A stretch of 64,000 nucleotides of DNA, taken from an uncultured Candidatus Rokubacteria bacterium (lineage in GTDB: Bacteria > Methylomirabilota > Methylomirabilia > Rokubacteriales > DASRDR01). The notes under the pieces are model-generated. The model did no database searches, was not told the DNA's origin, and saw nothing but the letters and a program-made list of their open reading frames with translations. Shown one piece after another: positions 1-10,533 of the stretch. The stretch lies in NCBI GenBank assembly GCA_963826115.1, contig CAWGVS010000011.1, forward strand, positions 174,820-238,819. The letters run 5' to 3'. The position numbers and the translations under genes were made by a program. How positions within the stretch are numbered: the stretch's first letter is position 1; the number at the start of each line of letters is the position of its first letter.

Positions 1-10
1 GGAGGACCGA

Positions 11-1890
11 GTGACCGCGGCGGCGGCCGCGCGCGAGCGCCCGCGGCGGGCCTCTGGTCGGTCGCGCTCGTCGCGGCCCTCTTGCTGGTGTTTGCCCTGG
101 CGCCGGTCTTCTGGCTGGGCTCGGGCTACCAGCTGGACGTCGCCCGGCGGGCGCTCTACGCGGCGTGCCTCACGGGCATCTGGTCCCTGCTGGCGGGCGT
201 CGCGGGGCAGTTCTCGTTCGGGCACGTGGCCATCGCGGGGATCGCCGCCTACGCCGGCGCCGTCTGGGGACGCCAGGTCTCCGCGCAGGTCCCGGTGCTC
301 GGGCACGATCTGGGTGGCGATCCTCGTCGGCGTGGTCGCGGCCTGGATCCTCGGCACCGTCCTCGGCTTCGTCGTGCTCCGTCTGCGCGGCTCCTACCTG
401 GCGCTCTTCACGCTCGCCTTCGGCGAGATCGCGCGCCTGGTGATCATCGCCGAGAAGGATGTCACCGGCGGGCGGCTCTCGCTGGCGATCGCGCAGCTCC
501 CCGGCACCAGCCGGGACCACTACTACGTCATGCTCGTGACGGGCGTGCTCGTGTTCGCCGTCGTCTACGCGGTCATCGGCTCGCGGGTCGGCCTGTTCCT
601 GCGCGCGCTCCGGGAGGACCCGACGCGGCCTCCGCGATGGGCGTGGACGTCGTCTCGCTGAAGATCCTGGTGTTCAGCCTCACCTCGCTCCTGGTCGGGC
701 TCACGGCGTCGATCTACTTCCACACCGTCCCGCGCCTCACGCCGGAGATCCTGGACCTCCTGGAGATGGGCTTCCTCGTGGTCTACGCGGTCGTGGGCGG
801 CCTCGAGAGCCCGGTGGCCGGCGCCGTCGCTGCGATCATCCTCGTCGTCATGCTGGAGGCTCTTCGCGTCATCACGGTCGGCCCCTATCGCTTCGAGCCC
901 GGGGTCTGGCGCTTCGCCGTGTTCGGCGCGCTCCTGGTCGTGACGCTGCGCCTCGCGCCCGACGGGTTCATCGCGCCACTGGTCGCCCGGCTCGGCCGCG
1001 TGGGCCGCCGCCCCGCGCCGACGCCTGCGGCCGCGCCGGAGGGACTCCGGCGCGCGGGCGCGATCGCCTCGCCAGCCAGCGCGCGAGGCGCCGCCCGCGT
1101 CCCAGGACCGGAGCGCCGAGCGATCGACCTCCGGGTCGAGCGCGTGACCATGCACTTCGGCGGGTTCGTCGCGCTGGACGGCGTCGACCTTCTGGTGGAT
1201 CGCCCGCAGATCTGCGGGGTGATCGGTCCGAACGGCGCGGGCAAGACCACGCTCGTCAACGTCATGAGCGGCTACTACGAGCCGACCGGTGGCGCGGTCA
1301 TCCTCGGGGGCGAGCGAGTGGACGGTCTGCGCCCGCACGAGCTGGTGCGGCGCGGGCTCGGGCGGACGTTCCAGGTCACTCGGGGCTGGCGTCGGCTGAC
1401 GGTCCTGGAGAATCTCCTGGTGCCGGAGCTGGCCATCCACGCCACCGAGGGCCGCGACGCCGCGCTGCGCCGGGCCCGCCGGACCCTCGACCTGGTCAAC
1501 CTTGGCCATCTGGCCGACGAGCAGGCGCGGGCGCTCTCCGGCGGGCAGCAGAAGCTCCTGGAGCTCGCCCGGCTCCTGATGCTCGATCCGGACGTCCTCT
1601 TGCTCGACGAGCCCTTCGCCGGCGTGCACCCCGTGCTGAAGCAGTCGATCGCCGACCTGGTGCGGCGGCTGCGAGCGGAAGGCCGGGCGGTCGTCCTCAT
1701 CGAGCACGACCTTGGCACCGTGTTCAGCCTGTGCGAGCGGCTCGTCGTGCTCGACGCCGGGCGCGTGGTCGCCGATGGCGAGCCGATCGCGTCAAGCGCG
1801 ATCCGCGGGTCATCGCCGCCTACCTCGCGCGGGGAGCTCGGGGCACCGCCGACGGCGCGCGGCGAGGGGCGGGACCCTGGCGATGCTTGA
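11..1890 (+). CDS. Branched-chain amino acid ABC transporter permease fused to ATP-binding domain (LivM-LivG type); several frameshifts
   Basis: GGAGG then GTG at 11. Permease motifs GQFSFGH and RLRGSYLALFTLAFGE lie in different frames (indels near ~60, ~305, ~620, ~1790). ATPase motifs GPNGAGKT, LSGGQQ, LLLDEP. Confidence 0.8.
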
Positions 1891-2609
1891 GGTGCGCGAC
1901 CTGTACGCGGGCTACTACCGGGACCTCCACATCCTCCGCGGCGTGAGCGTCGTCGCGCGGCCGGGCCGCGTGACCGCCATCCTCGGCGCGAACGGGGTCG
2001 GGAAGTCGACGCTCCTGAAGGCGATCTTCGGCTTCCTGAGGCCGACCAGCGGGCAGGTGCTCCTGGACGGCGTCGAGATCACCGGAACGCCGCCCCACCG
2101 GATGGTCGAGCGGGGCGTGGCGTACGGGCCGCAGCAGCCGGGGATCTTCGCCGAGATGACCGTCGAGGAGAACATCATGATCGGCGCCTGGACGTTCCGA
2201 GGCGACCGCGGACGGATCCGCCGGAAGCTCGACGAGAACTACGCACGCTTCCCCGTGCTCCAGGGCCGCCGGCGCAGCGCTGGCCGGCGAGCTGTCCGGG
2301 GGACAGCGGCGGATGGTCGAGCTGGCCCGGGTGCTGATGAGCGATCCGCGCTACCTCCTCATCGACGAGCCGACGGCGGGAGTGGCGCCCATCGTCGCCG
2401 AGGGCGTCTATGCGACGTTGACGGCGCTGCGCGCCGAGGGCGTGGGTATCGTCCTCGTCGACCAGGACATTCGCCGCGCCCTCCGGCTGGCCGACTACGT
2501 CTACGTGATCGACCTGGGCCAGAACCGGCTGGAGGGCGCGCCGTCGGAGATGGGCAGCGTGGAGACCGTTTTCTGGCAAGGCGCGGGGTGGACCGCGGAC
2601 TCGCCGTAG
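1883..2609 (+). CDS. ABC transporter ATP-binding protein (LivF-like); frameshift near 2280
   Basis: MLEVRDLYAGY...GANGVGKS; after a frame change ELSGGQRRMVELAR...LLIDEPTAG. Confidence 0.82.
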
Positions 2610-2723
2610 GTGTGCGGCCCGGTCACTCGCAGATCTGAGCGGAGGCCTTGGACCGGTCCTGATGGCGGCGGCTCCCGATGAAAAACGTGTCTTCCCCGCC
2701 CGACGAGCTGACGGCCCGCCGGC

Positions 2724-3974
2724 TCAGGAAGCGGGGGCGAGCGCGATGGCGCCGGCCCCGGCCAGCCCGGCGACCTCGGCCGGAGAGAGCCCGAGGAGCT
2801 CGGTCAGCACCTCGGCGGTGTGCTCGCCGAGAAGCGGGGCGGGGCGGCGGATCGACGGAGGCGTCGCGGACGCGCGGAACGGGAAGCCCAGCATCCGGGC
2901 GCGCCCTCCGTGAGCCTCGTAGGTCGGCTGCTCCACCTCGGCCAGGAGCCCCAGGTGCTTGATCTGCGGATCGTCGAAGACCTCGTCCAGCTCGTAGATC
3001 GGTCCGCCCGCGATCGAGGCCGCCTCGAAGCGCGTGACCCACTCGGCGGTCGTCCCGGTCGCGAGGGCCGTCTCGACGCGGGCCTTCATCTCCTCGTGGT
3101 TCTCGAGGCGCCCGAGGTTCGTCGCGAAGCGCGGCTCGGTCCGCAGGACCTCGTCGCCGAGGACCCGGCAGAAGCGGTCCCACTGCTCGGGATTCATGAG
3201 GACGATGTTGAGCCAGCCGTCCTTCGTCCGGAAGGCCTCGGCGGGCGTCAGCGTCGGGTTGCGGTTCCCCACGCGCGCCGGCCGCTTGCCGGAGTCGAAG
3301 AGATGGGCGACCGGATCGGGGAGGAGGCCGAGCGTCGCGGCGAGCAGGTTCACGTCGACGTGCTGCCCCCGGCCGGCCCGGAGCCGGTGGACCAGGGCCG
3401 CCGTGGTGGCGCCGAAGGCCAGATAGGCGGCCGCCACGTCGGCGATCGATCCGCCGGCCCGCGTCGGCGGATCGCCCGGCATGCCGGTGATGCCCATCAG
3501 GCCGCCCATGCCCTGGGCGATGGTGTTGTAGCCGGGGCGCTGGGCGTAGGGGCCGGTCTGCCCGAACCCGCTCACGGAGACGTAGACGATCCCGGGGTTC
3601 ATGGCGCTCACGGCCTCGTAGCCCACTCCGAGCCGGTCGGCGACGCCCGGCACGAAGTTCTCGACCAGCACGTCGGAGCGGGCGGCCAGCTCACGGAGGA
3701 TCCGCGCCCCCTCCGGCTTCTGGAGGTCGAGGGCGATCCCGCGCTTGTTGCGGTTGACCGCCGCGAACACGGCGCTCATGCCGCCGCGCCCGGTGCGCGC
3801 CCGCCACTCGCGAAGGTCGTCCCCCCGCTCCGGCCGCTCGACCTTGATCACGTCCGCTCCGAGGTCGGCGAGCAGCATCGCGCAGTACGGGCCCGCAAGG
3901 ACCCGCGAGAGATCGAGGACCCGGATTCCCCCCAGCATCGGGGGAGTCTCCGGGTTGCCGGACGGCGGCATCAC
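2724..3974 (-). CDS. CoA-transferase family III (CaiB/BaiF)
   Basis: IRVLDLSRVLAGPYC, DLGADVIKVE, NRNKR, ENFVPG, RRPAPLLGEHT. Confidence 0.92.
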   Translation of the reverse strand: MMPPSGNPETPPMLGGIRVLDLSRVLAGPYCAMLLADLGADVIKVERPERGDDLREWRARTGRGGMSAVFAAVNRNKRGIALDLQKPEGARILRELAARSDVLVENFVPGVADRLGVGYEAVSAMNPGIVYVSVSGFGQTGPYAQRPGYNTIAQGMGGLMGITGMPGDPPTRAGGSIADVAAAYLAFGATTAALVHRLRAGRGQHVDVNLLAATLGLLPDPVAHLFDSGKRPARVGNRNPTLTPAEAFRTKDGWLNIVLMNPEQWDRFCRVLGDEVLRTEPRFATNLGRLENHEEMKARVETALATGTTAEWVTRFEAASIAGGPIYELDEVFDDPQIKHLGLLAEVEQPTYEAHGGRARMLGFPFRASATPPSIRRPAPLLGEHTAEVLTELLGLSPAEVAGLAGAGAIALAPAS

Positions 3975-3978
3975 GCGC

Positions 3979-4712
3979 TCACTCCCGGGGAAGGAAGCCC
4001 TCGGTCATCGCGTTGACCTCGGGGATGCCCGTGCGGGCGATGGCGTTGATCCGGGCCTTCACCTGCGCCAGCGGCCCGAACGGCTTGGCCGCGAGGCTCC
4101 CGGCGTACTCGCGCACGGCGGCAGCGAGCTGCTCGCCAGGAACGACGCGATGGACGAGGCCCATCGCGTGCGCCTCGGCCGCCGTGTACCGCCGGCACTC
4201 CATGATGATCTCCTTGGCGCGCGCCGGGCCCACCAGGCGGACGAACCGCGTGGTCGACGCCACCCCGAGAGGCACGCCCAGGTCGACCTCGGGGATCGCG
4301 AGCATCGCCTCCGCCGCCGCCCAGCGGAAGTCGCAGGCGAGCGTCAGGCCGAACCCGCCTCCGATCGCGTGACCGTTGACCATCGCGATCGTCGCCTGCT
4401 CGAGGTTCTCGAGGAGCGTGGTGACCCGCTCGAAGAGCCGCCGGAACTGGTTCGGCGTCGAGAGGAAGACCTGCCGCCGCTCCTGGGGGACATCCCGCGC
4501 CGGGCCGGGAAGTGCGCGCCGGCCGAGAAGACCGGCGGCGCCCCGGTGACGATCACCACGCGCGCCCGCGCGTCGTCGCGGAGGGCGCCGAGGGCCTCGA
4601 TCAGCTCGCCGAGCATGGCGTCGCTCAGCGAGTTCCGGTGCTCCGGACGGTCGAGGGTGACGGTCGCGATCGCGCCGTCGTGGCGCACCGTGACGTTGGC
4701 GCCGGTCGTCAC
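3979..4712 (-). CDS. Enoyl-CoA hydratase/isomerase; frameshifted near 4450-4520
   Basis: N-part ATVTLDRPEHRNSL...FSAGA (ORF 4344-4712) and C-part VNGHAIGGG...ACDFR...PEVDLG (ORF 3979-4383). Confidence 0.82.
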
Positions 4713-4713
4713 C

Positions 4714-5002
4714 CTACGCTCCGTCGACGAAGACGAGGTTCGCGTTCGAGGCCGCGAGGCGCATCGCCTTGGGCTCGCGGTACTCCTCCGAGTCGTACCA
4801 CTCGCGGGCCTTCGCCAGGCTCGGGAACTCGAGTATCACGAGACGCTGCGGGCGCCAGCTGCCCTCGACGACCTGGTGCTCGCCGCCCCGCACCAGGAAG
4901 CGGCCCCCCGTACGCAGCGAGAGTCGCCGGCACCCGCTGCCGGTACTCCGCGTAGCGCGCGGGATCCGTGACCTCGAGATCCACGATGACGTAGGCGGCC
5001 AT
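4714..5002 (-). CDS. DUF1330 family protein; frameshift near 4905
   Basis: MAAYVIVDLEVTDPARYAEY...YGG / RFLVRGG...VEGSWRPQRLVILEFPSLAKAREWYDSEEY. Confidence 0.85.
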
Positions 5003-5267
5003 GGGCGTCCTCCCGGCCCGAGCCGGATTGTTCGTCGCCTCGCGGCGGAGCGCAGCTCCGCCGACCCGGTCGGCCGCCGGCATGGTAGCCCGGGCGAGAG
5101 CCTCGACGCCAGGGACCCCATGCGGCGCACACCGCTCGCATCCGGGTTGCGCGATCAGGAGCCACCCCGGGGCCCCGGAAGTGGCTCCAGCGCGACGATG
5201 CACCTGGCGATCGGGAGCGAGCTACACTGAGCGGCACGTGAATTGCTCGCGGGCCAGGGAGGCCGGG

Positions 5268-6272
5268 ATGCACCGACATCGCCGTCGCCAGCTCCTGCAG
5301 GTCGGCTTGGCCCTCGTGGGTATCGGCCTCCTGGCTGGCTGGGAGGCACCTGATCTGGGGGCGGAGAAAGTGCCCCGGATCGGTTTTCTCGCCGTGGGCT
5401 CGCACGAGGGCCGGGCCTTCCTGATCGAGGGCTTCCTGAAGGGACTGCGTGAGCGCGGTTACGTCGTGGGCCAGAACATCGTCATCGAGTATCGCTTCTC
5501 GGAGGGCCAGAACGATCGTTTGCCCGGGCTCGCGGCCGAGCTCGTCAACCTGAAGGTGGACCTCATCCTGGCCTCCGGAAGTCCGGCGAGCTTTGCGGCC
5601 AAACAGGCCACCAGCACGATCCCGATCGTCATGGGCAGCCTCGCCGCCGATCCGGTCGAGACCGGCCTCGTCGTGAGCCTGGCACGACCAGGCGGCAACA
5701 TCACGGGAATGACCGAGATGGCCGCGCAGCTCGGCGGGAAGCGCCTCGAGCTGCTCAAGCAGACCGTGCCGAGCCTTTCACGAGTCGCCGTCCTCTGGAA
5801 TCCAGCTAATCCCGCCTACGGTCCGATCTTGAGGGAGCTCGAGGCGGCGGCCCCCCGACTTGGGCTGGAGCTTCAGCGCCTCGAGGTGCGGGCGCCCGAG
5901 GACTTCGACGGTGCCCTTCAGGCCGCGATCCGGCAGCGCGCCGGCGCGTTGTTCGTGCCGGGCGATCCCCTGGTCACCAACCGGCCCAGAGTGGTCGCGG
6001 ACCTTGCCCTGAAGTACCGACTGCCGACGATGACCGACTTCAAGGAGCTGCCCGGAGTCGGAGGCCTCATGTCCTTCGGGCCGGATCTCGTCGATTCGTA
6101 CCGGCGCGCGGCAACCCACGTGGACAAGATTCTGAAGGGGGCGAAGCCGGCCGACCTCCCGATGGAACAGCCCACGAAGTTCGATCTGGTCGTCAATTTG
6201 AAGACCGCCAGGGCTCTCGGCCTGGCCATTCCGCCGTCGGTCCTGGCGCAGACCACGCAAGTGATCCAGTAG
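5268..6272 (+). CDS. Orphan ABC transporter substrate-binding protein (ABC_sub_bind, putative Trp/Tyr-type family)
   Basis: RIGFL, GQNIVIEYR, SLARPGGNITG, GAKPADLPMEQPTKFDLVVNLKTA; N-terminal RRRQLL signal. Confidence 0.9.
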   Translation: MHRHRRRQLLQVGLALVGIGLLAGWEAPDLGAEKVPRIGFLAVGSHEGRAFLIEGFLKGLRERGYVVGQNIVIEYRFSEGQNDRLPGLAAELVNLKVDLILASGSPASFAAKQATSTIPIVMGSLAADPVETGLVVSLARPGGNITGMTEMAAQLGGKRLELLKQTVPSLSRVAVLWNPANPAYGPILRELEAAAPRLGLELQRLEVRAPEDFDGALQAAIRQRAGALFVPGDPLVTNRPRVVADLALKYRLPTMTDFKELPGVGGLMSFGPDLVDSYRRAATHVDKILKGAKPADLPMEQPTKFDLVVNLKTARALGLAIPPSVLAQTTQVIQ

Positions 6273-6286
6273 GAAAGATCCGCGCT

Positions 6287-6919
6287 CTACGGAGACTGTC
6301 CCGCGGCGCCCCGGAGCCGCGCCAGCACCAGCCATTCGCGGCCCTGGCGGCCTTCGGGGGACGCGAAGGGAACGTAGTCCTCGACGATCTCGAACCGCGA
6401 CGCGGCGAGGAGCGCTCGGACCTCCGCCTCGCTCACGGCGAACGGCGGGCCGCCGGGCTTGTCTCCCATGGGGAAGAAGCAGGCGAGGAGCCATCCGCCA
6501 GGCTTGAGGATGGCGGCGAGCACGTCGACATACTCCGCCCGGCGCGCGGGATCGATGGCGCAGTAACAGGTGTATTCCCAGATGCCGTCGAAGAAGCCAG
6601 GATAGGCCCGGGCGAGCCCGAACACGTCACGGTCCTCGTAGGTGACGTCTAGCCGCTCGCGCAGGGCGAGCTCACGCGCGGCGACCAGGACTTCCGGCAC
6701 GAAGTCGAAGCCGAGGACGTGGTGGCCGCGGCGAGCCAGGAGCCGCGCGTCGTGGCCCCGGCCGCAGCCGGGGACGGCCACGGCTCCCGGGGGCAGGGGA
6801 CGGCGGGCGAGGTCGGCGGCGAGGGAGGGGCTGGGGCGCCCCAGCTCCCAGCGGTCGCTCCCTTGGCCGTAGAGGCCCTGCCAGAAGCCGGCGTCACTGA
6901 CCGTCGGCTCGCTCGTCAC
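6287..6919 (-). CDS. Thiopurine/thiol S-methyltransferase (TPMT-like)
   Basis: FWQGLY...WELG, VPGCGRGHD, EYTCYCAIDP, GGPPF. Confidence 0.85.
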   Translation of the reverse strand: MTSEPTVSDAGFWQGLYGQGSDRWELGRPSPSLAADLARRPLPPGAVAVPGCGRGHDARLLARRGHHVLGFDFVPEVLVAARELALRERLDVTYEDRDVFGLARAYPGFFDGIWEYTCYCAIDPARRAEYVDVLAAILKPGGWLLACFFPMGDKPGGPPFAVSEAEVRALLAASRFEIVEDYVPFASPEGRQGREWLVLARLRGAAGQSP

Positions 6920-7009
6920 AGGCGCCGGCCCGCCGGCGGCGCGACCGATTCGTTGACATCCGCGGCCGCGTCGGCGGACGATAGCAGGGACGAGGAGGCC
7001 CTGATTCTC

Positions 7010-7252
7010 ATGGTCGTCGTCGTCTGCTTCGTCGCCTCGCTCTTGTCCTTCCTCTTGCCGGGCGCGGTGATCGGCCTTCTCGGCAAGGTCCTGAACGACG
7101 CGCTCGGTGATCCCCTGTGGGCTCTCGTGCCGCCCGCGCGCGGCTCGCTGGTCGTGAGCGAGACGGAGGGGCCCATGCTGACCCTCCAGGGCGTCCTGGC
7201 GCTCTACGTCCCGCTGGTGCTGATCCTGCTCTTGAGCCAGCGGGGCCGCTAG
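7010..7252 (+). CDS. Small hypothetical membrane protein
   Basis: GAGGAGG upstream and TTGACA at 6953. Hydrophobic segments at both ends, GC3-rich codons. Confidence 0.5.
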   Translation: MVVVVCFVASLLSFLLPGAVIGLLGKVLNDALGDPLWALVPPARGSLVVSETEGPMLTLQGVLALYVPLVLILLLSQRGR

Positions 7253-7262
7253 CGCCTCGGGG

Positions 7263-7775
7263 TCAGGCGGGCGGGCGCGCCGGGGCGAGCCGGCTGCCGA
7301 GCACGAGCAGCACCACGCCGGCGACGAAGAATCCCACCGTCAGGTAGACGACCTGGGGCACGACGCGGTCGAGGTAGAGATCGATCGCCGGGCGGACCTC
7401 CTGGAAGCGCGGGAGCGTGTCCGCGAAGTGGCTCAGGAGCCACTCGCGCCCGAAGAGCGTGAACAGGATGCCGAGGAAGCCCGGCAGGAAGGTCAGCATC
7501 CCCAGCGCCTTCAGCGAGCCGCTCAGCGAGCGGGTCACCCAGAGCCGCACGATCAGCGCGGCGGCCATCAGGCCGATCGCGAGCCAGAGGAGCACGGGCG
7601 ACGTCCCGACCGGCACCTGCTTGAGCTCGGCGGGCTGGATGCGCAGGAGCACGAACGGGATCAGGAGGGTGAGCCCCGTCGTGTAGGCCGTGCTGACGAA
7701 CAGCCGCCAGGCGACCGCCCCGGCGACGCGCTCGACCAAGGGCGTCGAGCCGCCGCGGCTCCCGTCGCCGCTCAT
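7263..7775 (-). CDS. Hypothetical membrane protein (~4 TM)
   Basis: ATG overlaps the stop of the upstream VOC gene; four hydrophobic stretches. Confidence 0.7.
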   Translation of the reverse strand: MSGDGSRGGSTPLVERVAGAVAWRLFVSTAYTTGLTLLIPFVLLRIQPAELKQVPVGTSPVLLWLAIGLMAAALIVRLWVTRSLSGSLKALGMLTFLPGFLGILFTLFGREWLLSHFADTLPRFQEVRPAIDLYLDRVVPQVVYLTVGFFVAGVVLLVLGSRLAPARPPA

Positions 7776-8272
7776 TATCCCCGGCGGGTGGCGCCGGTGG
7801 TGGCGGCCGCCGCGTCGGCCGGGCTCGCCGACGGGCCCTGGTAGAGCTCGACGGTGAAGCCGTCCGGATCCCGGAGGTAGACGCCCCAGCCGCCCGCGTG
7901 GGTGCCCGCGGTGATCTCCGCCGGCTCCGAGATCAGCGTCACGCCCCGGCGCCGGAGCTCGACACAGACCGCCCGCACGTCGTCGACCTTGAAGCAGAGG
8001 TGGCCGTTGCCGGGGCGGTTGGTCGCGCGATCGGTCGGCGGCGCGGGGTGCGAGACGTACTGGAGGAGCTCCAGCATGCTGCCGCCGGCCGCCGGCTGGA
8101 GATGCGCCGTCTCGAGGCGCACGCCTTCGAAGCCCGTGATGGTCGCCAGGTAGGGCGCGGTGCCCGTCTGCCGCTTGATGAGCGTCAGTCCGAGGATGTC
8201 CCGGTAGAAGACCAGCGAGCGCTCGATGTCGCTCACCGTGAAGCCGGTGTGATAGACAGGGCCGACCTGCAT
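7775..8272 (-). CDS. VOC/glyoxalase family protein
   Basis: HTGFTVSDIERSLVFYRDILG, ELLQY, HLCFKVDD, YLRDPDGFTVELYQ. Confidence 0.9.
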   Translation of the reverse strand: MQVGPVYHTGFTVSDIERSLVFYRDILGLTLIKRQTGTAPYLATITGFEGVRLETAHLQPAAGGSMLELLQYVSHPAPPTDRATNRPGNGHLCFKVDDVRAVCVELRRRGVTLISEPAEITAGTHAGGWGVYLRDPDGFTVELYQGPSASPADAAAATTGATRRG

Positions 8273-8291
8273 TGCCGCCTCCTAGCCCCAA

Positions 8292-8690
8292 CTAACCAAG
8301 GACCGCGATCGCGTCGATCTCGATCAGGGCGTCGTCGTCCCAGAGTCCCCGGACCTCCACCAGCGTGGTGGCGGGCCAGTGGCCTTCCATCATCTCACGG
8401 TAGACCTGCCCGATCTCGTGGGCCTTCGCGCGGTACTCGCGCTTGTCGACCACGTAGAACGTCACCTTCACGAGGTCCCGCAGGGTTCCGCCGCGCGCGC
8501 CGACGACCGCCCCGACGTTGGCGAGCGCGTGCCGGAACTGTCCGACCAGGTCGCCGGTCGGGGCGATCCGGCCCTCGGCGTCGAGAGCCGTCTGGCCCGC
8601 GACGAAGAGGATCCGCCCCTGCGCCTCGATCCCGTGCGAGTAGCCCGAGGGCTTCGGCAGCCACGGCGGATTCACGATCACCTTCGGCAC
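8292..8690 (-). CDS. RidA/YjgF family protein
   Basis: PSGYSHG, LFVAGQ, PATTLVEVRGL, IEIDAIA; GAGGAGG RBS. Confidence 0.9.
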   Translation of the reverse strand: MPKVIVNPPWLPKPSGYSHGIEAQGRILFVAGQTALDAEGRIAPTGDLVGQFRHALANVGAVVGARGGTLRDLVKVTFYVVDKREYRAKAHEIGQVYREMMEGHWPATTLVEVRGLWDDDALIEIDAIAVLG

Positions 8691-8701
8691 GAGTTCCTCC
8701 T

Positions 8702-8790
8702 CGGGGTCAGGCCCTGACTTTGACTTCCGATACCATTCACCCGCGGGGTGGCCAGGACAGTGTGGAAGTCAAAGTCAGGGCCTGACCCCG
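8702..8790. repeat. Perfect 27-bp inverted repeat with 35-bp spacer (REP/MITE-like hairpin)
   Basis: cggggtcaggccctgactttgacttcc (8702-8728) is the exact reverse complement of 8764-8790. Confidence 0.9.
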
Positions 8791-8791
8791 C

Positions 8792-9586
8792 TCAGCGCGG
8801 GAAGCGGGGGGGCCGCTTCTCGGTGAAGGCGCGGTAGAACTCCCTGTGGTCGTCGGCCATGAGGAGGAGCGCCTGGGCCTGGGCTTCCGCCTCGATGGCC
8901 GAGGCGAGATCCATGCCCCACTCGTTGTTGAGCATCCGTTTCGTCATGCCGAGGGCCTGCGCCGGCCCGTCGGCGAGCCGCCGCGCGAGCACCCGGGTCT
9001 CGTCGGCGAGGCGGTCGGCGGGCACGACGCGGGTCGCGAGCCCGTAGCGCTCGGCGGTCGGGGCGTCGATCGTGTCCCCGAGCATGAGCAGCTCCGTCGC
9101 CCGCCCGAAGCCCACCACCTTCGGCAGGAGGAACGCGGCGCCCATGTCGGCGCCGGCGAGCCCGACCTTGGTGAACAGGAAGGCGAAGCGGGCCGTGTCG
9201 GCCAGGAGCCGGAAGTCCGACGCGAGCGCCAGCACCGCCCCGGCTCCGGCCGCGATCCCGTTGACCGCCGCCACGACCGGCTTCTCGAGGAGGCGCAGGT
9301 TGCGGACGACGGCGCCCGTCATGCGCGTGAACTGGAGCATGCCCTTGACGTCCCGCTTGAAGAGCTCGCCGATGATCTCGTGCACGTCGCCGCCCGAGCA
9401 GAAGCCCTTGCCGCTGCCGGTGAGGACGAGGACGCGGACGGCCTCGTCGGTCTGGCACTCGAGCGCCAGCCGCTCCAGCTCCGCGTAGACCTCGAAGGTG
9501 AGGGAGTTCAGCGTGTCGGGGCGGGCGAGGGTCACCGTCCCCACGCCGTCCTCGATCCGGTAGTCGAACCCGCGATACGGGCCCAT
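8792..9586 (-). CDS. Enoyl-CoA hydratase family protein (abm-cluster type)
   Basis: LNSLTFEVYAEL, FCSGGDVHEIIG, FLFTKVGLAGADMGA, EAEAQAQAL. Confidence 0.9.
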   Translation of the reverse strand: MGPYRGFDYRIEDGVGTVTLARPDTLNSLTFEVYAELERLALECQTDEAVRVLVLTGSGKGFCSGGDVHEIIGELFKRDVKGMLQFTRMTGAVVRNLRLLEKPVVAAVNGIAAGAGAVLALASDFRLLADTARFAFLFTKVGLAGADMGAAFLLPKVVGFGRATELLMLGDTIDAPTAERYGLATRVVPADRLADETRVLARRLADGPAQALGMTKRMLNNEWGMDLASAIEAEAQAQALLLMADDHREFYRAFTEKRPPRFPR

Positions 9587-9594
9587 CGGGGTCC

Positions 9595-10371
9595 TCAGGC
9601 CTGGACGGCGCCGCCGTCGACGTTCCAGGCCTGGGCGGTCACGCCGCGCGCCTCGTCGCTCGCGAGCAGGACGGCCAGCGCCGCCACCTCCTCGGGCTCG
9701 ATCAGGCGCTTCTGCGGGGAGAAGGCCGCCAGCGCCTGAACCGCCTCCTCGTAGGCGCGCCCGGTTCGCTTCTGGATGTTCCGGGCGCCCGCCCACGTCA
9801 GCTCGGTGGCCACGTAGCCGGGGCAGATGGCATTGACGGTCACGCCGGCCGCCACGACCTCCTGGGCGAGGGCGCGCGTCAGCCCGAGGAGCCCGTGCTT
9901 CGAGGCCGCGTAGGCGCTGATGAGCGGGTATCCCTGTCGCCCCGCGATCGACGCGACGTTGATGATGCGGCCCCAGCGCGCCGCCAGCATCCCGGGGAGG
10001 ACCGCGCGGGTCATCAGGAACGCGCCGGTCAGGTTCACGCGGAGGTGGCGCTCCCAGAGGGCGTCGTCGGTGTCGACGAGCTTCGCCGAGACGGCGATGC
10101 CCGCGTTGTTGACCAGGATCTGGACCGGGCCGAGGCCCTCCGCGACGCGCCGCGCGGCGTCGTCGACCTGGGCTCGCTCGCCGACGTCGCAGGGCACCGC
10201 GAGGGCCTTGCGGCCGAGCGCTCGGATCTCCGCCGCGACGGCATCGAGCTCCGAGCTCGTCCGCGCGGTGACGGCCACGTGGGCGCCTTCGCGGGCGAAC
10301 GCGAGCGCGATCGCCCGCCCGATGCCCCGGCCGCCGCCGGTGACGAGGGCGACACGGTCCGGAAGCTTCAC
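9595..10371 (-). CDS. SDR family NAD(P)-dependent oxidoreductase (3-hydroxyacyl-CoA dehydrogenase-like)
   Basis: TGGGRGIG, NNAG, YAASKHG, NAICPGY. Confidence 0.92.
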   Translation of the reverse strand: MKLPDRVALVTGGGRGIGRAIALAFAREGAHVAVTARTSSELDAVAAEIRALGRKALAVPCDVGERAQVDDAARRVAEGLGPVQILVNNAGIAVSAKLVDTDDALWERHLRVNLTGAFLMTRAVLPGMLAARWGRIINVASIAGRQGYPLISAYAASKHGLLGLTRALAQEVVAAGVTVNAICPGYVATELTWAGARNIQKRTGRAYEEAVQALAAFSPQKRLIEPEEVAALAVLLASDEARGVTAQAWNVDGGAVQA

Positions 10372-10378
10372 GGCGCGC

Positions 10379-10408
10379 AGTATAGACGCCGCTGCGAAGG
10401 CGGGTCAA
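10379..10408 (-). promoter_or_regulatory. Putative sigma70 promoter for the SDR operon (probably leaderless)
   Basis: TTGACC (10408-10403), 18-bp spacer, TATACT (10384-10379), 7 nt before the GTG. Confidence 0.55.
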
Positions 10409-10533
10409 CGCGGGCGCGCACCCGCCCCGGCGCAAGCGCCGGCCGGGGCGACGCGCGGTGATACACTACCGCCGACGTCGTCGCCGGCTCGCGTCCACAC
10501 CGGGTCTTCAGGGAAGTCGAAGGAGGCGCGCGG

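Noticed and set aside
11-1890. Permease-ATPase fusion as a novelty
   Set aside because: LivM-LivG fusions are common.
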